Below are positions 50,298 to 63,111 of a DNA stretch of 64,000 nucleotides, one piece after another; position 1 is the stretch's first letter, and every line of letters begins with the position of its first letter. A program made the translations under genes and the position numbers. Source of the DNA: Podarcis erhardii (taxonomy: Eukaryota); the NCBI GenBank assembly GCA_964252035.1, contig OZ176215.1. One strand, given 5' to 3'. The notes beneath the pieces were generated by a model. The model was not told the DNA's origin, did not search any database, and saw only the letters and a program-made list of their open reading frames with translations.

Positions 50298-53200
50298 TCT
50301 GTGCCTAGCAAACTCTGAATGCAGAAGCCGTTAACTTATTTTTACGTAGGAGTTCCTAAATGTTCTAAAGGGAATCCACCCATAACCCATTCTCTTGTTG
50401 AGAACGTACAGGACTTAACCAGAGTGGCTCAAGTTGTCCCTCCCTTCATAACCAGAAAAGACCCTCATGCTGAAGTCTAGTATTTTTCCAACTTCCCAAT
50501 TTTCATCCTCCATGTTTGCCAGCCAGATGCCCATCAGCTATTTTGAACTACAACTCCCATCAGTCCCTGCCAGCGTCACCATGCTCCTATCAGCCCTAGC
50601 ACACTGGGAGTTGTAGCCCCAAATAGTTGGAAGGTACCAAGTCGGCAAAGGCCATTTTAACAATATTCACATCACCACTCAAGTGCATGGCCATGCTGTG
50701 TGACTTGAATAATTATTCTTCCAGTTCTTTGCTTAGAAAAGGTATCTGTGGTTAAATAACATCTCTTCCCACAGAGATCAAACACTGCAGCTTATTGGGG
50801 AGGAAATAGGACTTCCTGCTAGGCGTTTACTAGCCAGACTCCATTATACCTGTGTGTAATAAATATTGAAAGTGCATTGAAGTTATTCTCTGAGAAACAT
50901 CAGTGAGGCTGGAAGCCAACCAGCCCTTGATGGTGAGACAAGTTGGATTTCCATCCAGACTGCAAAACAGCAACACTCACACCTTGGCACGTCCCCTTTC
51001 TTGCTTAATGTGAAGTGGTAAAGTTTTAAATTGCTCCTTACCTACAGCTACCCGCCCCCGCCTCCTTTCTGTTCAGCACATCTTCTCTTGCATATATTCA
51101 TTTATTGTTTTAAAGTAAGATACAATTCAAAAATTACCAAAATAATACCAAATCAGCAGGGAGGTTTTACAATGGAAAAATAAGACCAAACACAAAAGCA
51201 ATCCTTTTATGCCAGGACATCATTGTTAAAAGGCAAAGGAAAATATCAGAGTGAAGTCAATTAAGACTAATTTGAAAATAAAACTGAATAGGTGACAAAG
51301 TAAAAGGAGACAACCACCAGAAGCTATTTACATATATGTATTAGGGGAAAGTTTATTTTTTTTGCATTATATACAAACAATACAGACTCAATGAAACATA
51401 AAAGATGATAAAGTTAAGTCTTCCGATGTGAATGAGGATGTTCATTCATGCACATCCATTATTCTAAGGTCTAGATGTTTTCTTTATGAAATGAGCGAGT
51501 TAGCCAGGACACTCAAATGTGTAATTGCAATTAGATTTGAGTGGGTTTGGAATTGCTAGGCACCAGACAGGCATGGCCCATCCTTGCCGACAATGGCTTT
51601 ATACTGTCTCCATGCAAGTGGCGTTCCAGGCACTCTGCCTTTGCCCCAGACTGGCCTGGAATACATAAACCGGAAAATGGGAGCAAACCACATCCGCATC
51701 CGTGAGAAGACCAGCATGTGAGGTTGTTGGTATGATGTGGCCCAGTGCCAGCTGTATTACTGGAAAGCAATGTTCAAAAAACCTGAAACTGCTGCTTTTC
51801 ATGAAGCCAGGGGTGGCTAACTAGTGGTTCTCCAGATGTTGTCACACGACTGGTCTTCATCAGCCTCAGCAAATGGAGCTAGCAGTCAAAGATTAAGGGA
51901 GTTGGTAGTCCACAAGAAAAAAAAAGAACTTCTGATTCTTCATCTGTCATTTATATATAGACAATTATTCAAAACATCCACTCCAAGATAACACCCAGCA
52001 ATTCCACTTTCTATAAACCAATATTTTCTTCCAACCTCAGACCCAGATACCATCAGTTCATTTTCTTTCTCATGCAAAAAGTCCATTAGGGGCTTCCAAT
52101 CTTTAGTAAATATTGACTATGATTTTTCTCTGATTAAACACGTCAACATTTGTCAAGCACAATCCTGTTAATGTTTGCTCAAATCAAAGTCCCCCTGTAT
52201 TAAATGGAGCTTACTCTCAAGTTTAAGTGTGTTTGTTACAATTATTTATATCCCACCTTTCAGGATACCAATGTAGTTTACAAGAAACTTCATTTAAGAA
52301 CAGCAACAGCATCAAACAATGGCCTGTTTTGCACATAACAGTAAGCCATGCTTAAGTTTCACTATAGTTAAAGCTGAGACACCTGGCAGATGGTCACTTA
52401 AACCTTGGTTTATTATTTTCCCCACCCATCTCATTAAAAGAGACATTAACCAGGAAGAATTACTCATCTATTGCAGCCCTGTAGCTTTGCAGCTCCTTAA
52501 ACGACATTGAGGAAGAGATGCACACTGGCACATAACACTAAGGTATGGTTGACATTAACCAAGGTTTGTAAAGAAGTCACAAACCTTGGTTAACAACCTT
52601 TAAGAATAGCTAATAAAACATAGTTAAACTGCCAGGCTGGGTTCACACATAAAGCTAAGACAGAGTTTAATAAACCATTGTTTGGTGTTATGTGCAACCC
52701 AAGTACATATCGGCATATAAAAAGCCATCAGGATCCTTCCCAAGGAACCATTGCTGGTATAAAGGTCCCTGTCGTTGGAAAAGGATAGTCCAGTTTAGAG
52801 CAGACCTTGAGGCTGTCTTTACTCGTCTGTCCTCTTCCCCAATCTCATAATCCTCCCCAAAAGTCAGCTGTTGATGACAGATGGTCATGTAGGGAGGGAG
52901 AGGAAGGTTCAGTTGGAGCTGGTTCCTATTGCGTCTTTTGCTACAGCCTTCTTTTTAGGATTGCAGCGTAAAAAGGTATTTGCTCCATGGCAAGTAGGCC
53001 CTGCTAAGTCCAATGTATTCCAAATGTATTCTGAAATGCCAAGAGTGAAATTAGGTGAAAGGCAACAGTCACAGCATTTGCCTGTGTTAAAAATAATTTT
53101 ATAGCCCACATTTTTATTTTTATTTTTGCTGAGTTCCTGTCATGATGCAACTCTTTTCCAGGTTAACAAAGGATGCCCTCTTGGTGCTTCCTTAGATAAC

Positions 53201-53379
53201 AAATAGAAACATTGTCTTAGAAAAGTCAGATGATTCTGACTGCTGATGTCCTTCTCGTGGCTTTCAACAGTTCTGTCATTGTGTAAAGGTAAACTCTTAG
53301 GCATTGTTGAGTGTGTGTATATATATATATATATGCATATATCACATGAATATATGATAAAGCGGCCTATAAATCTTGT

Positions 53380-54470
53380 AATAATGAAAAGAGCCGTGGC
53401 CGAGCTGAGCTTCCAACCGAGGATCCAACTTCGCTTCTCTGCTGAGCCAGCAGCAAAGGAGGCTTAAGGTGCGGCGAGGCTCCGCTAGCACCAGGCTCCC
53501 CTCTGCTGCAGAGGAAAATCCCTGCAAGTAGAAAGCCAGCCCTACAGGCCACGTCCCTCCTCCTCTTCCCCGCGTGCCCCTTTTGCTTGCGCGGGATGGG
53601 GTGCTAGACTGCTAGAGGCGCTATTCTGGGTCCCGGCCCGGTCGTGGCTGCTCCGTGGTAGCCAACCTCCCCGCCCCACAGAGAGCCAGGAGCGCAATGG
53701 GGCGCTGGCACCTCTTGCCAAGCGAGGTCCCAAAGGGCGTCCCGGCCGAGTCCCCACCACCGAAGCGCCGGTCTGCCTGCAGGGGGCGCCCTTGTCGGGA
53801 GGCGGCGCGCCCCTCCGAGGCGGACCAGGGGCCGCGTGGTGCGGCGGCGGGCCGGCAGGGGGCGCGGCGGTTGCGCCTCGGCGGAGCGAGTGGCGGGCTG
53901 GTCCCGGGCGGCGGCGAGGCGAGGCGAGGCGGGCGGAGTCGGCGCGGAGCAGCGAGCCGGGAGGAAGCGGCAGGTGAGCGGGCGTCGGGGCTTCGCGGGA
54001 CTTTTTATGCCGGGGAGGGGGCGCCGTCTCCTGCCTTCCCAGGCGAGGGCCGGACCATGCTCTCTATAGAGGGGGCAGTTTGTGGGACCCCGGAGTCAAA
54101 GTTCCTCGGGGAGCGCAGCTGCTTCGGCTGCTGCCTCAGTTTCCCCCTTGGCGAGGCCAGCTCTCGCTGGGGAGAGGCTTCGCTGGTGGGGGGGGGGGGC
54201 GCCTGGATCTTCCCGCACAACAGCCCGGCGAGGGAGGCTAGGTTCAAGAGGGGGAGTAGCCCAAGGCGAGCTTGCCCCCCCTTCCCTGTCGATGTGGGGG
54301 CAAGAAAGCCCAGTCCCCCCCCCCCCGTTTGCCGACTGCTTCTGAAGGAGCCTCAGTCCGGAGATCCGGGTAGGGCAAGGACAATGGGGCGGGGGCGATC
54401 GGTCCTCAGCACCAAGGAGCCCTATCCTGTGAGGGTCCAGAGATCTAATTCGAGAGGCGATGATGAGTAG
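53380..54470 (+). promoter_or_regulatory. CpG island; probable promoter and first non-coding exon (donor cag|gtgagc at 53973/53974) of the downstream gene, likely ADORA2A
   Basis: Very high GC and CpG density, GC-box-like GGGCGG motifs and a strong donor. Gene identity is inferred only from SPECC1L-ADORA2A synteny in other amniotes. Confidence 0.75.
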
Positions 54471-54745
54471 GAAGCAGAGAGCATGTGAAGAGATGTCTTC
54501 TTGGGGGGGTGGGAGTCTAAGGATGCTCCAGGGCCGGGACTCCCGCATGGTCCGGGAAAGGGCTGCTGCTGCTGCCTGGTTTTGGCTCAGGGCAAGTTCC
54601 TGAGACCACCCAAGTTCTGGGTCAAGAAGGGGACCTACAGGGCAGACCCTGAGGGCGTCCCCCCTTGAGGAAACCGTGGGGTGGAGTGGGATAGGGGAGT
54701 ACTCGAGCAGGAGAGCCCCTGCTTGGCATACAGAAGGGTGCAGGG

Positions 54746-54904
54746 CAGTGGCGTAGTGTGGGGGGTGCAGGGGGGGCCGGCCGCACGGGGCGCAACATCT
54801 GGGGGGGCGCACTCGCAGCTCTCTGTCCCTACTAAAATCCACGGGTTAGGGGGCGCAAATTACTTGCCTTGCCCCGGGTGCTGACAACCCACACTACGCC
54901 ACTG
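54746..54904. mobile_element. hAT-type MITE, perfect 17-bp TIR, TSD GTGCA(G/C)GG
   Basis: cagtggcgtagtgtggg ... cccacactacgccactg. Confidence 0.92.
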
Positions 54905-55029
54905 GTGCACGGTCTTCCCAGCTTAGAGGACATCAGAGCCACAAGCCACAAGTGGAGCTGTTCTGGGGCCAGGATCCTGCAAAGCCGCTTGCTAGGCCTG
55001 GATAGGAGCCTTCCTCAACCTGGGACCAT

Positions 55030-55172
55030 ATAGATCATAGAGTTGTAGAGTTGCAAGGGACCCTGAGGATTATCTAAGTCCCTTTCAATGGAGGAATATA
55101 CAGCTGTCCCATATAGGGATCAAACCTGTAACCTTGCCATTGTCAGCACCACTCTCTAACCAACTGAGCTGT
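55030..55172 (-). mobile_element. tRNA-headed SINE with CR1-like tail
   Basis: Reverse complement reads agctcagttggttagag...caggtttgatccc head followed by a CR1-type tail. Confidence 0.75.
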
Positions 55173-55254
55173 CCGGGCTGATCTGCTTTACTAGCCTTCA
55201 GAACATATGGAGGCACCATTTTGATGTGTAGACAGTACTGATTTCTGTGGGCAT

Positions 55255-55395
55255 CATGGGCTTGGCCAGGGGAAAGGCAGGGAGGGGCATCTGACACCCC
55301 CCCCCCAATCAATAAAAATGCATAGCAAACTGAGCTTCTGCCCCACCTAACAAAAGGTCTGCCCCCCCCCAAAAAAAATCCTGGCTACACCCATA
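55255..55395. mobile_element. hAT-type MITE, 8-bp TSD GTGGGCAT
   Basis: catgggcttggccagg ... cctggctacacccata; TSD at 55247-55254 and 55396-55403. Confidence 0.88.
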
Positions 55396-57285
55396 GTGGG
55401 CATGAGACAGCTTCTTCTGCTTCCAGCACCAAGAAGCAGCAGCTGCACAATGGTCCCCATTTCAGGGTCCAATCCTGGGTTGCTCAAAGTTTAGGAGCCT
55501 TCCTAGCTCAGTGACAGAGCATACAGAGGGTCTCAGGGTTCAGGCCCCTGTGGCATCTCCACGTAGGGCTGGGATAGGCTCCCTGCCTGAGGGGTGTTGC
55601 CAGTCAGAGTAGGTAACAGTGAGATATGCAGAACAAAGGTAGGAGGTGCCTTCCTGTGTTCCATTGTTCAACACTTCGCTGCTTGTGTGTGGCAAGCCTC
55701 AATGCCATTGCTCTCCATCTGTGAAATGGGCACATTTGGGGACAAACCTGGCAGGAGGGTTGTGAGGGTGAAGCCTTGCAGAAGCTTTGCAAAGTCCCAT
55801 GCATCATGCTCATCATAATAAGGAGACATCCATGGATCCTTTAGGGGAGGAGAGAGTCCAGGTGGTACATTGCCCTGAATTCATTACTCAGATTGAAGCA
55901 TAAAGTGCCTAGGGTTCTAGTCTAGGGGGTTCTAGACAGCCGCCTTCCAGCAGACACCCCCACCCCTTTTCTCATGGATCTTCCTCATCATCCTTCCAAT
56001 TGCCTTGCAGAAAACGGATCCTCCCTCTGCACAGTGCTTAGCAGGCTAGAGGAGACCTGATATTCACCCAGCAGCTCACTCTCCTGTTTTAGTTTTTGCT
56101 ATATTTTTGTAAAGTAAATTTCTTGGTAAAGTTGGCTTTTGCTTGTCTCCATCCTCAGTAGCCTGAAAGTTTCCTAAAACACTGGTGTGTGCAATGATGC
56201 CTTTTGCTGTTTGGTGAAGCTCTTGGCGTAAGGGAGGAAGAGGATTGATCCTGCAGAGAGGCGATCTGGTGGGTCAGGCCAGGGCCATTGGTTAAATCAG
56301 GTGGATAGGAAGCCAGGGCTCTCAGCACCCTTCCTGGCTGGTGTGTGTGTGTGTGTTTGTGTGTGTGTTTGTGTGTTTGTAGGAAGACCAGGAACCAGGG
56401 GGAGATGCGGACAGTAAGTAGAATGTATCTGGAGCACAAGGAGTTCTGTGCTTGTCCTGGGGAAGCTGGAGATAGGCAGAATGGATAAAGCAAAATCTTT
56501 TACTGGACCCGAACCAAAGAGTCTAGTGGCCCCTTGAAAGATTAATGTGTTTATTGTTCTCTGAACTTTTTCTCAGCAAAATCCTTCTGCCTAGAGGTGC
56601 GGGAGAGGGAAGATGCATTGTATAATAAATCAATTAAATAGGTTTTTTTTTGGGGGGGGTGCAAATAGTCTGGTTTTTTTTTCATGAAAGAAGCCCCCTG
56701 CCCCCCACCAGCACCACGCTTGCCACCTCTTTCGGATCGTGTTCCGCAAATGGATTATGCCAGGCAGCTGCAGACAGCAGGAAATGGGGACGAGGCTGCA
56801 AAATTGGATTAAGGTGGTGGAAGAGCCTCTTGGATTGAATCTCCATTAAAAGATCAATGCGCTTAACTATCATTTTAATATAATTTGTTTAAGATTAAGA
56901 AACCCATTTTAATGTGGCAAATAGATTAGGCTGCAAGATGCCAAGCAGGCTGGCCCTGGGCTGGGGGGGAAGCTTCTGGGCTGGGGGTGCTGCATAGGGG
57001 AGAAGAAGGCTGTTTCCTTGCCCCATGGTTCAGACAAGGTGCGGATGTTTGTTTATGGCAGGGGTGGAGAGGCTCAGGCCTGATGGGGAGAAGCAATGTT
57101 GGCCCCCAGGCATCTCTACCCTTCCCAAAGCACTCTCCCAAGAACATACGGCCTCTTTGCCAGGCTACACCCTTCCCTGGCGGTGTTTTGCACCCTCCTT
57201 GGGTGCTTGTGCCTGACTGTGCTAAGGCCCCTTCCTTGCAGAGATGGAGAGAGGGTAGAATCATCTGATTCACACATGGATGGAA

Positions 57286-57319
<34 letters not shown>
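57286..57319 (+). repeat. (TTG)n microsatellite
   Basis: Seen directly. Confidence 0.98.
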
Positions 57320-57479
57320 AATTACCAATCCATCACCCTAAGGTCCCAAGGTGAGGTGCATAAGTTAAAATACAGCAATAATTAAAAAAACAATTTTTCA
57401 AAACTTACAATTACTAGAAAAAGCCACCACAAAACATAGGGGCAGGTCCTGCAAATACGCATCTCGGGTGTCAGAGGTG

Positions 57480-57640
57480 CACTGACTATACATCAGGATA
57501 GACCTTCCTGACAGTAAGAGCTGTTTGACAGTGGAACAGACAACCTCATGAGGTGGTGGACTCTCCTATGATTCTTGCATGGCAAGGAGCTGGACTTGAT
57601 AATCCTTGGGGTCCTTTCCAGCTCTACAATTCTCTGTTGC
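57480..57640 (+). mobile_element. CR1 3' fragment
   Basis: ttcctgacagtaagagctgtttgacagtggaac...gtcctttccagctctacaattct. Confidence 0.75.
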
Positions 57641-57804
57641 TGTGATTCTCCTCTGCCCCAGTGATTGATTTAGGGGAGTACGACTGGTTTGGTTGCACTG
57701 GGCACTGAGCCTTGGGGGTGCTGCCGGGAGCGCCACAACTATGATGTAGAATGGAAAGTGAGGGGGGGGGCACCAGATTTTGGCATCACACAGGGCGCTT
57801 CTGA

Positions 57805-58143
57805 AATAATAATAATATTAATTTATTATTTATACCCCGCCCATCTGGCTGGGTTTCCCCAGCCACTCTGGGTGGCTTCCAACAGAATATTAAAATACAA
57901 TAGCCTATTAAACATTAAAAGCTTCCCTAAACAGGGCTGCCTTCAGATGTCTTCTAAAAGTCTGGTAGTTGTTTTTCTCTTTGACATCTGGTGGGAGGGT
58001 GTTCCACAGGGCGGGTGCCACTACTGATAAGGCCCTCTGCCTGGTTCCCTGTAACTCTCGCAGTGAGGGAACCGCCAGAAGGCCCTCGGCACTGGACCTC
58101 AGTGTCCGGGCAGAACGATAGGGATGGAGACGCTTCTTCAGGT
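57805..58143 (-). mobile_element. L2 LINE 3' end
   Basis: aataataat tail followed by tttataccccgcccatctggctggg; minus-strand peptide ALWNTLP...FRRHLKAALFREAF. Confidence 0.88.
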
Positions 58144-58439
58144 GCATTTGAGACCCCAGGTGGCTTCATATGCAGAGTCATGAACATTGGCCCTCCTTCT
58201 CTACCTCCATCTGTGGGCCGAAAGGCGAAGGTGTAGCTGGCCCTCGGACAAGGGTGGCTTGCTTTTTTTTTTTTTACCCAAACAGGGGCTGCTTGCCAGC
58301 AGTGAAAGTGGGCACGCCACACTCACCTTGAAAGCAGCAGATTAGCTGCTGGCCATGTTTGTTTGCTTGTTTGGTGGCCTTCCTTCTGCTCATCAAATGA
58401 TCTACCTGATGATTGGGGAGTGGGCAGTTGTTGTTGTGA

Positions 58440-58652
58440 ATTGCATTTATATTTCACCTTTTCCTGCAAGGAGCTCAATGTGACATACATGGTTCTCTCC
58501 CTCCCCACAAAAACCCCTTGGAAGAAGGTTAGGCTGAGAGGCAGTGACTGCCCAAGGTCACCACTCAGCAAGCTTCAAATGGCTGAGTGTCAGAATTTGA
58601 ACCCTGCTCTCTCCCATATCCTGGGCTGACACTCTAACCGCTATACCAGTTT
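58440..58652 (-). mobile_element. MIR/Ther1-related SINE (Squam3-type)
   Basis: gcatttatatttcacc...ggttaggctgagaggcagtgactgcccaaggtcacc...acactctaaccgctatacca. Confidence 0.7.
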
Positions 58653-59637
58653 GCATCTCTATCTGGGTGTTGAGCTAGGTGGAGAAGGTCTACTTCATTT
58701 CCCCTCCCCCCCCCATTCCTGCCCAAATTGGTGGGGTCTTCCAGGGTGGAGGCAGAAGCATTTATTTGGGACCCCTGCACCAGGAGTTAGGCACCCCCAT
58801 GTCCTAAAGCCCTGTGGATGTTCCTTTCATTGGAAACAATAAAAGCGGATTAAACTTTAAGCCCACAGGGTGGGGGCGGGAATTGCTGAAGTTCTAATGT
58901 TCCTGAAGTCGTTCCAGTAGTTCTTTGGAAGGCTAAACTCAGGTGGAAAAAAACAATTAAAAAGGACAGTAAAAGTGTAAAGAATATTTAGGCAGCCTCA
59001 GGTAGCTAAGTGCCCACATTGCAGCTGAGAAGCTGATGGTGCAAGGGTGAGGCTTGTGCAGCCTGTTTACTCGGGTGTAAGCCCCTCTTCTTTTCTCGGA
59101 ATTTACTCCTTGGCCCATTGCAGGGAAAATGCCTAGTGTGTTTCCTGCGGTCTCTGAAGAACCATCAGAAAGGATCAAAATTGTGGCTCTGCAGGGGGTC
59201 CTTTGGGAGAACATTCATTCCCAGTGTCCAGTGATGAGGCCACCAGTTAGTCCCAGTATTGGCAGGTGGTGGTGAGAACGGAGAAAGCTTGAACCCAGGG
59301 AGGCCACATCTGCAGCTCGCTCTCCTGAGGAAAGCTTGGCTGCTTGTGTTTTTTACCCCCCCAAACATATCCTCTCTCGTAATCCCATCTAATGGCTTCT
59401 CTGAGAAGCTCGGGTGGGTGGCCTGAACCACAGTGAAGGCTGGTGGGAAAGAGGGACAAAGCTGCCCTCCTGGTGGGGTGCTCAGCCCTTGGGAAGGAGC
59501 AGGAACCCCACTGCTGCAATGGCAAAGCGGTATGGGGGCTTGCTCAAGGCTGGGTGATGTATCTCAGCTGCTGCTTCCTCCCTTAAGATGGGGAGGAAGC
59601 ATCAACAGCCGAGATACATTCCAGACATTGTGATATA

Positions 59638-59869
59638 CAGTGCTACCATGATTCCCGAACAGCTTGGCTCCTGAACAAATTGGTTCCTGAACACCACAAA
59701 CCTGGAAGCAAGTGTTCTGGTTTGCGAACGTTTTTTGGAAGCCATTTCGGCTGTCGGCATTGTTTCCGGGGCCAATCAACCAATCAGAAGCAGTGCCTTG
59801 GTTTGCGAATGTTTTGGAAGTCGAGCGGACTTCCAGAACGGATTGAGTTCGAGAACCAAGGTACCACTG
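59638..59869. mobile_element. Tc1/mariner-type MITE, related to the 23336 copy
   Basis: ta|cagtgctacc ... aaccaaggtaccactg|ta; shares gccaatcagaagc and ttccagaacggatt with the 23336 copy. Confidence 0.85.
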
Positions 59870-60434
59870 TATCAGCATATTGTGGTATTTAGCTGCTGAT
59901 ATATCACGATGTTTTAAAACCAGATATCACCCAACCCTACTTGAATCCTGCTTGTGGGGCATCTTGTTGGCCATTGTAAGAAGAGGATTCTGGACTAGAT
60001 GGACCATTGGCCTAATCCTGTCGGCTGTTCTGATGAGATGGGAGCTACTTCTGTTGGGGATCCTGCCAACCTCAGAAAGCCAGGGGAGTTGGCACTCTCC
60101 TGCTGCTCCTCCCTTTCCTTGCACTGAAAGACTCAACAGAATATTCATCGTTTGGGGCCACGCTTCAAAGTGTACATTCTGCTTCCCATCCCTCATGGCT
60201 CCTGCATCCTGTTTCTGAAGGGTCAGCTCCTCTTGCTGTTATTCTAGATTTGTTGCAGCCACAGCCTTCACGTACCTGATACCAGCAAGGATGTTTTGGA
60301 CCACAAAGTCTGGAGGGCTTCTGGTTGACAAAAGCCAAGCTAGAATGTTGGAGGCTGCCTTATACCTTAAACCTGTGCATGTAAAAAGGGGGTTTCCCTA
60401 AAAATAAGGAGTTTCTAGCCCTCGAGGTTATGAA

Positions 60435-60618
60435 TAAAGGAAGCTGCTTTATACTGAGGTCCATTTAACACAAGTGGTGTCTATAATGACTGGCAGAAGT
60501 TCCTCTCCAGGGTTTCAGCCAAAACCCTCATCCAGCCCTACCTGGGAGATGTCATTGGGGATCGAACCTGGGACCTTCTGTATGCAAAGCAGCTGCTCTG
60601 CCACTGAGCCACAGCATC
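60435..60618 (-). mobile_element. tRNA-Ala-like SINE (Squam2-type)
   Basis: Reverse complement gctcagtggcagagcagctgctttgcatacagaaggtcccaggttcgatcccc...aaaccctggagag...ataaagcagcttcct. Family name is from recall. Confidence 0.7.
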
Positions 60619-61521
60619 CTTGTGCCTTGCTCTGCCCTGAGCTGTGGAGAGCTCCCCTTGCATTGCAGAACCCCCCAGGAAATGGGCACCACAGCAGAGT
60701 TTCGTCCGAGGACACAGGAAGGCAGCAAGTCAGCGAAATTGTGGGAATCTGGACAGCTAAAACAAATCCTCTCATTTGTGCATCCTCGTTTGCATCTGCT
60801 TCCTGAAGTGTCGCCGCCGTGAGGGTTAATTCCAGCACATGGCTGCTCTCTGTGTTAATTTGAGGGAGGATCCTTGCCAAAATAATCAGGCTGTACAAAT
60901 CCCTGCCGTGACGTAGCATTTATAAGTGCTAAAGGGAAGTAGCAAAGGAGCGCAAATTGCAACAGAGCTTTAGGCGGCATCCAAATTGTCTGCAGGCTTC
61001 AGAAGCTGCGTTTCAGAAATGTGGTGTTTTAAAAGTCTCTGTCCAGGCTGAAGTTGGCAGTCAGCTGCAGGAGAATGCTGTGGCCATCAAGCCTGGCTCA
61101 GTCCATACATGCAGTGTGGGGAAGAGAGGGAGCAGGACATCTGGGGCCTGAATGCGGCGCTCAAGAACTGGGGTGTACCTAGGGGTTGGCCAGGCTGGCT
61201 TCTGCCAAGGGCACAAGCCCCAGGTGTATGTGTGTATACAAAATCATGTCTCCCCACTCTGGCTTGGAGTGGCTAGGAGCCTGTCCACATGCTCCCAGGT
61301 TGCTCCTTCCCTGCTCTGGGAGTTGCCTAGGGCTGCCACCTGTCCTGTATAATACAGGATTGTGCCTTATTTCACTGTAAAATGCTACTGTTTTGTGCCA
61401 TGGTCTTCTCTCTCTCTCTCTTTCTCTCTCTCTGCCAAGTTAGGGATCCTCTGCAAATGCATGTGTTTGAAAGGGTAGGCGAAACATCATGCATTTAAGC
61501 TCTGGGTAGCCAAGTGCAAGT

Positions 61522-61847
61522 GGGACGCGGGTGGCACTGTGGGTTAAACCACAGAGCCTAGGACTTGCCAATCAGAAGGTCGGCGGTTCGAATCCCCGTG
61601 ACAGGGTGAGCTCCTAGCAGTTCAAAAGCACGTCAAGTGCAAGTAGATAAATAGGTACCGCTCCGGCGGGAAGGTAAACGGTGTTTCCGTGCACTGCTCT
61701 GGTTCGCTAGAAGCAGCTTAGCCATGCTGGCCACATGACCCAGAAGCTGTACGCCGGCTCCCTCGGCCAATAAAGCGAGATGAGCGCCGCAACCCCAGAG
61801 TCGGTCACAACTGGACCTAATGTCAGGGGTCCCTTTACCTTTACCTT
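61522..61847 (+). mobile_element. Sauria SINE with internal deletion; imperfect TSD tagccaa(g/a)tgca
   Basis: Head and tail intact; the segment between the two agctcc repeats is missing. Confidence 0.93.
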
Positions 61848-61926
61848 TAGCCAAATGCAGACAGATTTACAAATTCACGTGTATGTATGTGACAAATTCC
61901 AAAGGGGTCATCCTGTTAGGCTGTAA

Positions 61927-62073
61927 TCACAGAATTGTAGAATTTGTAGAGCTGGAAAGGACCACGAGACGCCATCGAGTCCACCCCCCTGCAATGCGGA
62001 AATATTTTGCCCAACATAGGGATTCAACCCACAACCCTGAGATTAAGAGCCTCACACTCTACCGACTGAGCTA
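61927..62073 (-). mobile_element. tRNA-Lys(CTT)-derived SINE with CR1-like tail
   Basis: Reverse complement tagctcagtcggtagagtgtgaggctcttaatctcagggttgtgggttgaatccctatgttgggc resembles tRNA-Lys-CTT and is fused to a CR1 tail. Confidence 0.8.
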
Positions 62074-63046
62074 GAGAGAATACTTTGGAATGGATTGGTC
62101 TGAAGACACTTCTGCACCATATAAAAATCATCCACCGACTGCCCTGCCTTGCCCTGTCCTGTATTTTGCCAGAACAAAAGTGGCAACCCTAGAGCTGCCA
62201 GGCTTCAGAGGATGGGATGGGGGGCACCCATACAGCTCCTTGCCAAGCATGCAAGGGAGCCTAGGTACACCTCTGCTTCAGCATCTCTTGCCAGCCCTGC
62301 CCTCCTCAAGGGCTGGAATGTGTCCTTGAACTATGATGGTGCCCCTGGCTTGCAGTGACAGAGGATGCGGAAAACGTGCATGCAGAAACATCTTGCTTTT
62401 CTGTGTCCTATTGCCCCACCCACTTTCCCCCTGGCCTCACCCACCACCTGCACATGGCCCCTGAAAGGTTTCATGCGAGGGACTGTGGCCCTCAGGCTGA
62501 CAAAGATTTGTTTAGTAAGTTCACTCCAAGGTCAGCGTTGCTTCCTGGGTCTTGTACCTGCCGGCAGCAAGCACCTTCCTGTAGGAACCTTGCTTTTTGG
62601 GAAGAAACGCCTGCAAGGGAAATGACCTGTGATGAATACTTCATTTCCTCTGATTACTGGAAACAGGCAGGTCGCCAAGACGCCTCAGAAGTGCACCCAA
62701 TGGGAGAGGCAGCCATAGGGTTTATGCTGTGCATCAAGTGACTGTGGTGATTAACAGCCACAGTTTCCAAAGCTATCAGTCAAGGCATGCTTGAAGTTTT
62801 GAAAGGGGGCTGCTAGGTCTGCGCCCTCCCAGCCACTCCACGCTTCTCCTGACATCAGCCCTGCCCTTGCAACTTGTGTGAGAGGAAGCAGGTTGGTGCT
62901 TTGGAATGGTCTCTCTAAAAGCACATGGGTTCAAACGACAAAGGAACAGTTCGGCACCTGCTCTGAGCTCCTTTAGGGGACAGCTCTCTGCAGCACCTGG
63001 GACTTTGAAAGGTCCAGAATGTGTTTCATTTGCTTGATAGCCTCTT

Positions 63047-63061
63047 ATAATAATAATGATG

Positions 63062-63110
<49 letters not shown>
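63047..63110 (+). repeat. (ATA)n microsatellite (L2 tail)
   Basis: Seen directly. Confidence 0.98.

Positions 63111-63111
<1 letters not shown>

Noticed and set aside
54406-54426. REST/NRSE-like motif ctcagcaccaaggagcc
   Set aside because: Only the left half matches; the right half (GGACAG) has two mismatches, too weak without a PWM score or ChIP data.
53655-54842. 271-aa (+) and 248-aa (-) ORFs over the CpG island
   Set aside because: These are stop-poor GC-rich sequence with Arg/Gly/Ala/Pro-biased translations and no recognisable domain; the minus ORF also crosses a MITE.
57116-57341. Poly-N and poly-L ORFs (also poly-I at 63056)
   Set aside because: These are microsatellite translation artefacts.
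62005-62073. tRNA-Lys gene
   Set aside because: The acceptor stem and T-arm are degraded and it is fused to a CR1-like tail, so it is a SINE head.
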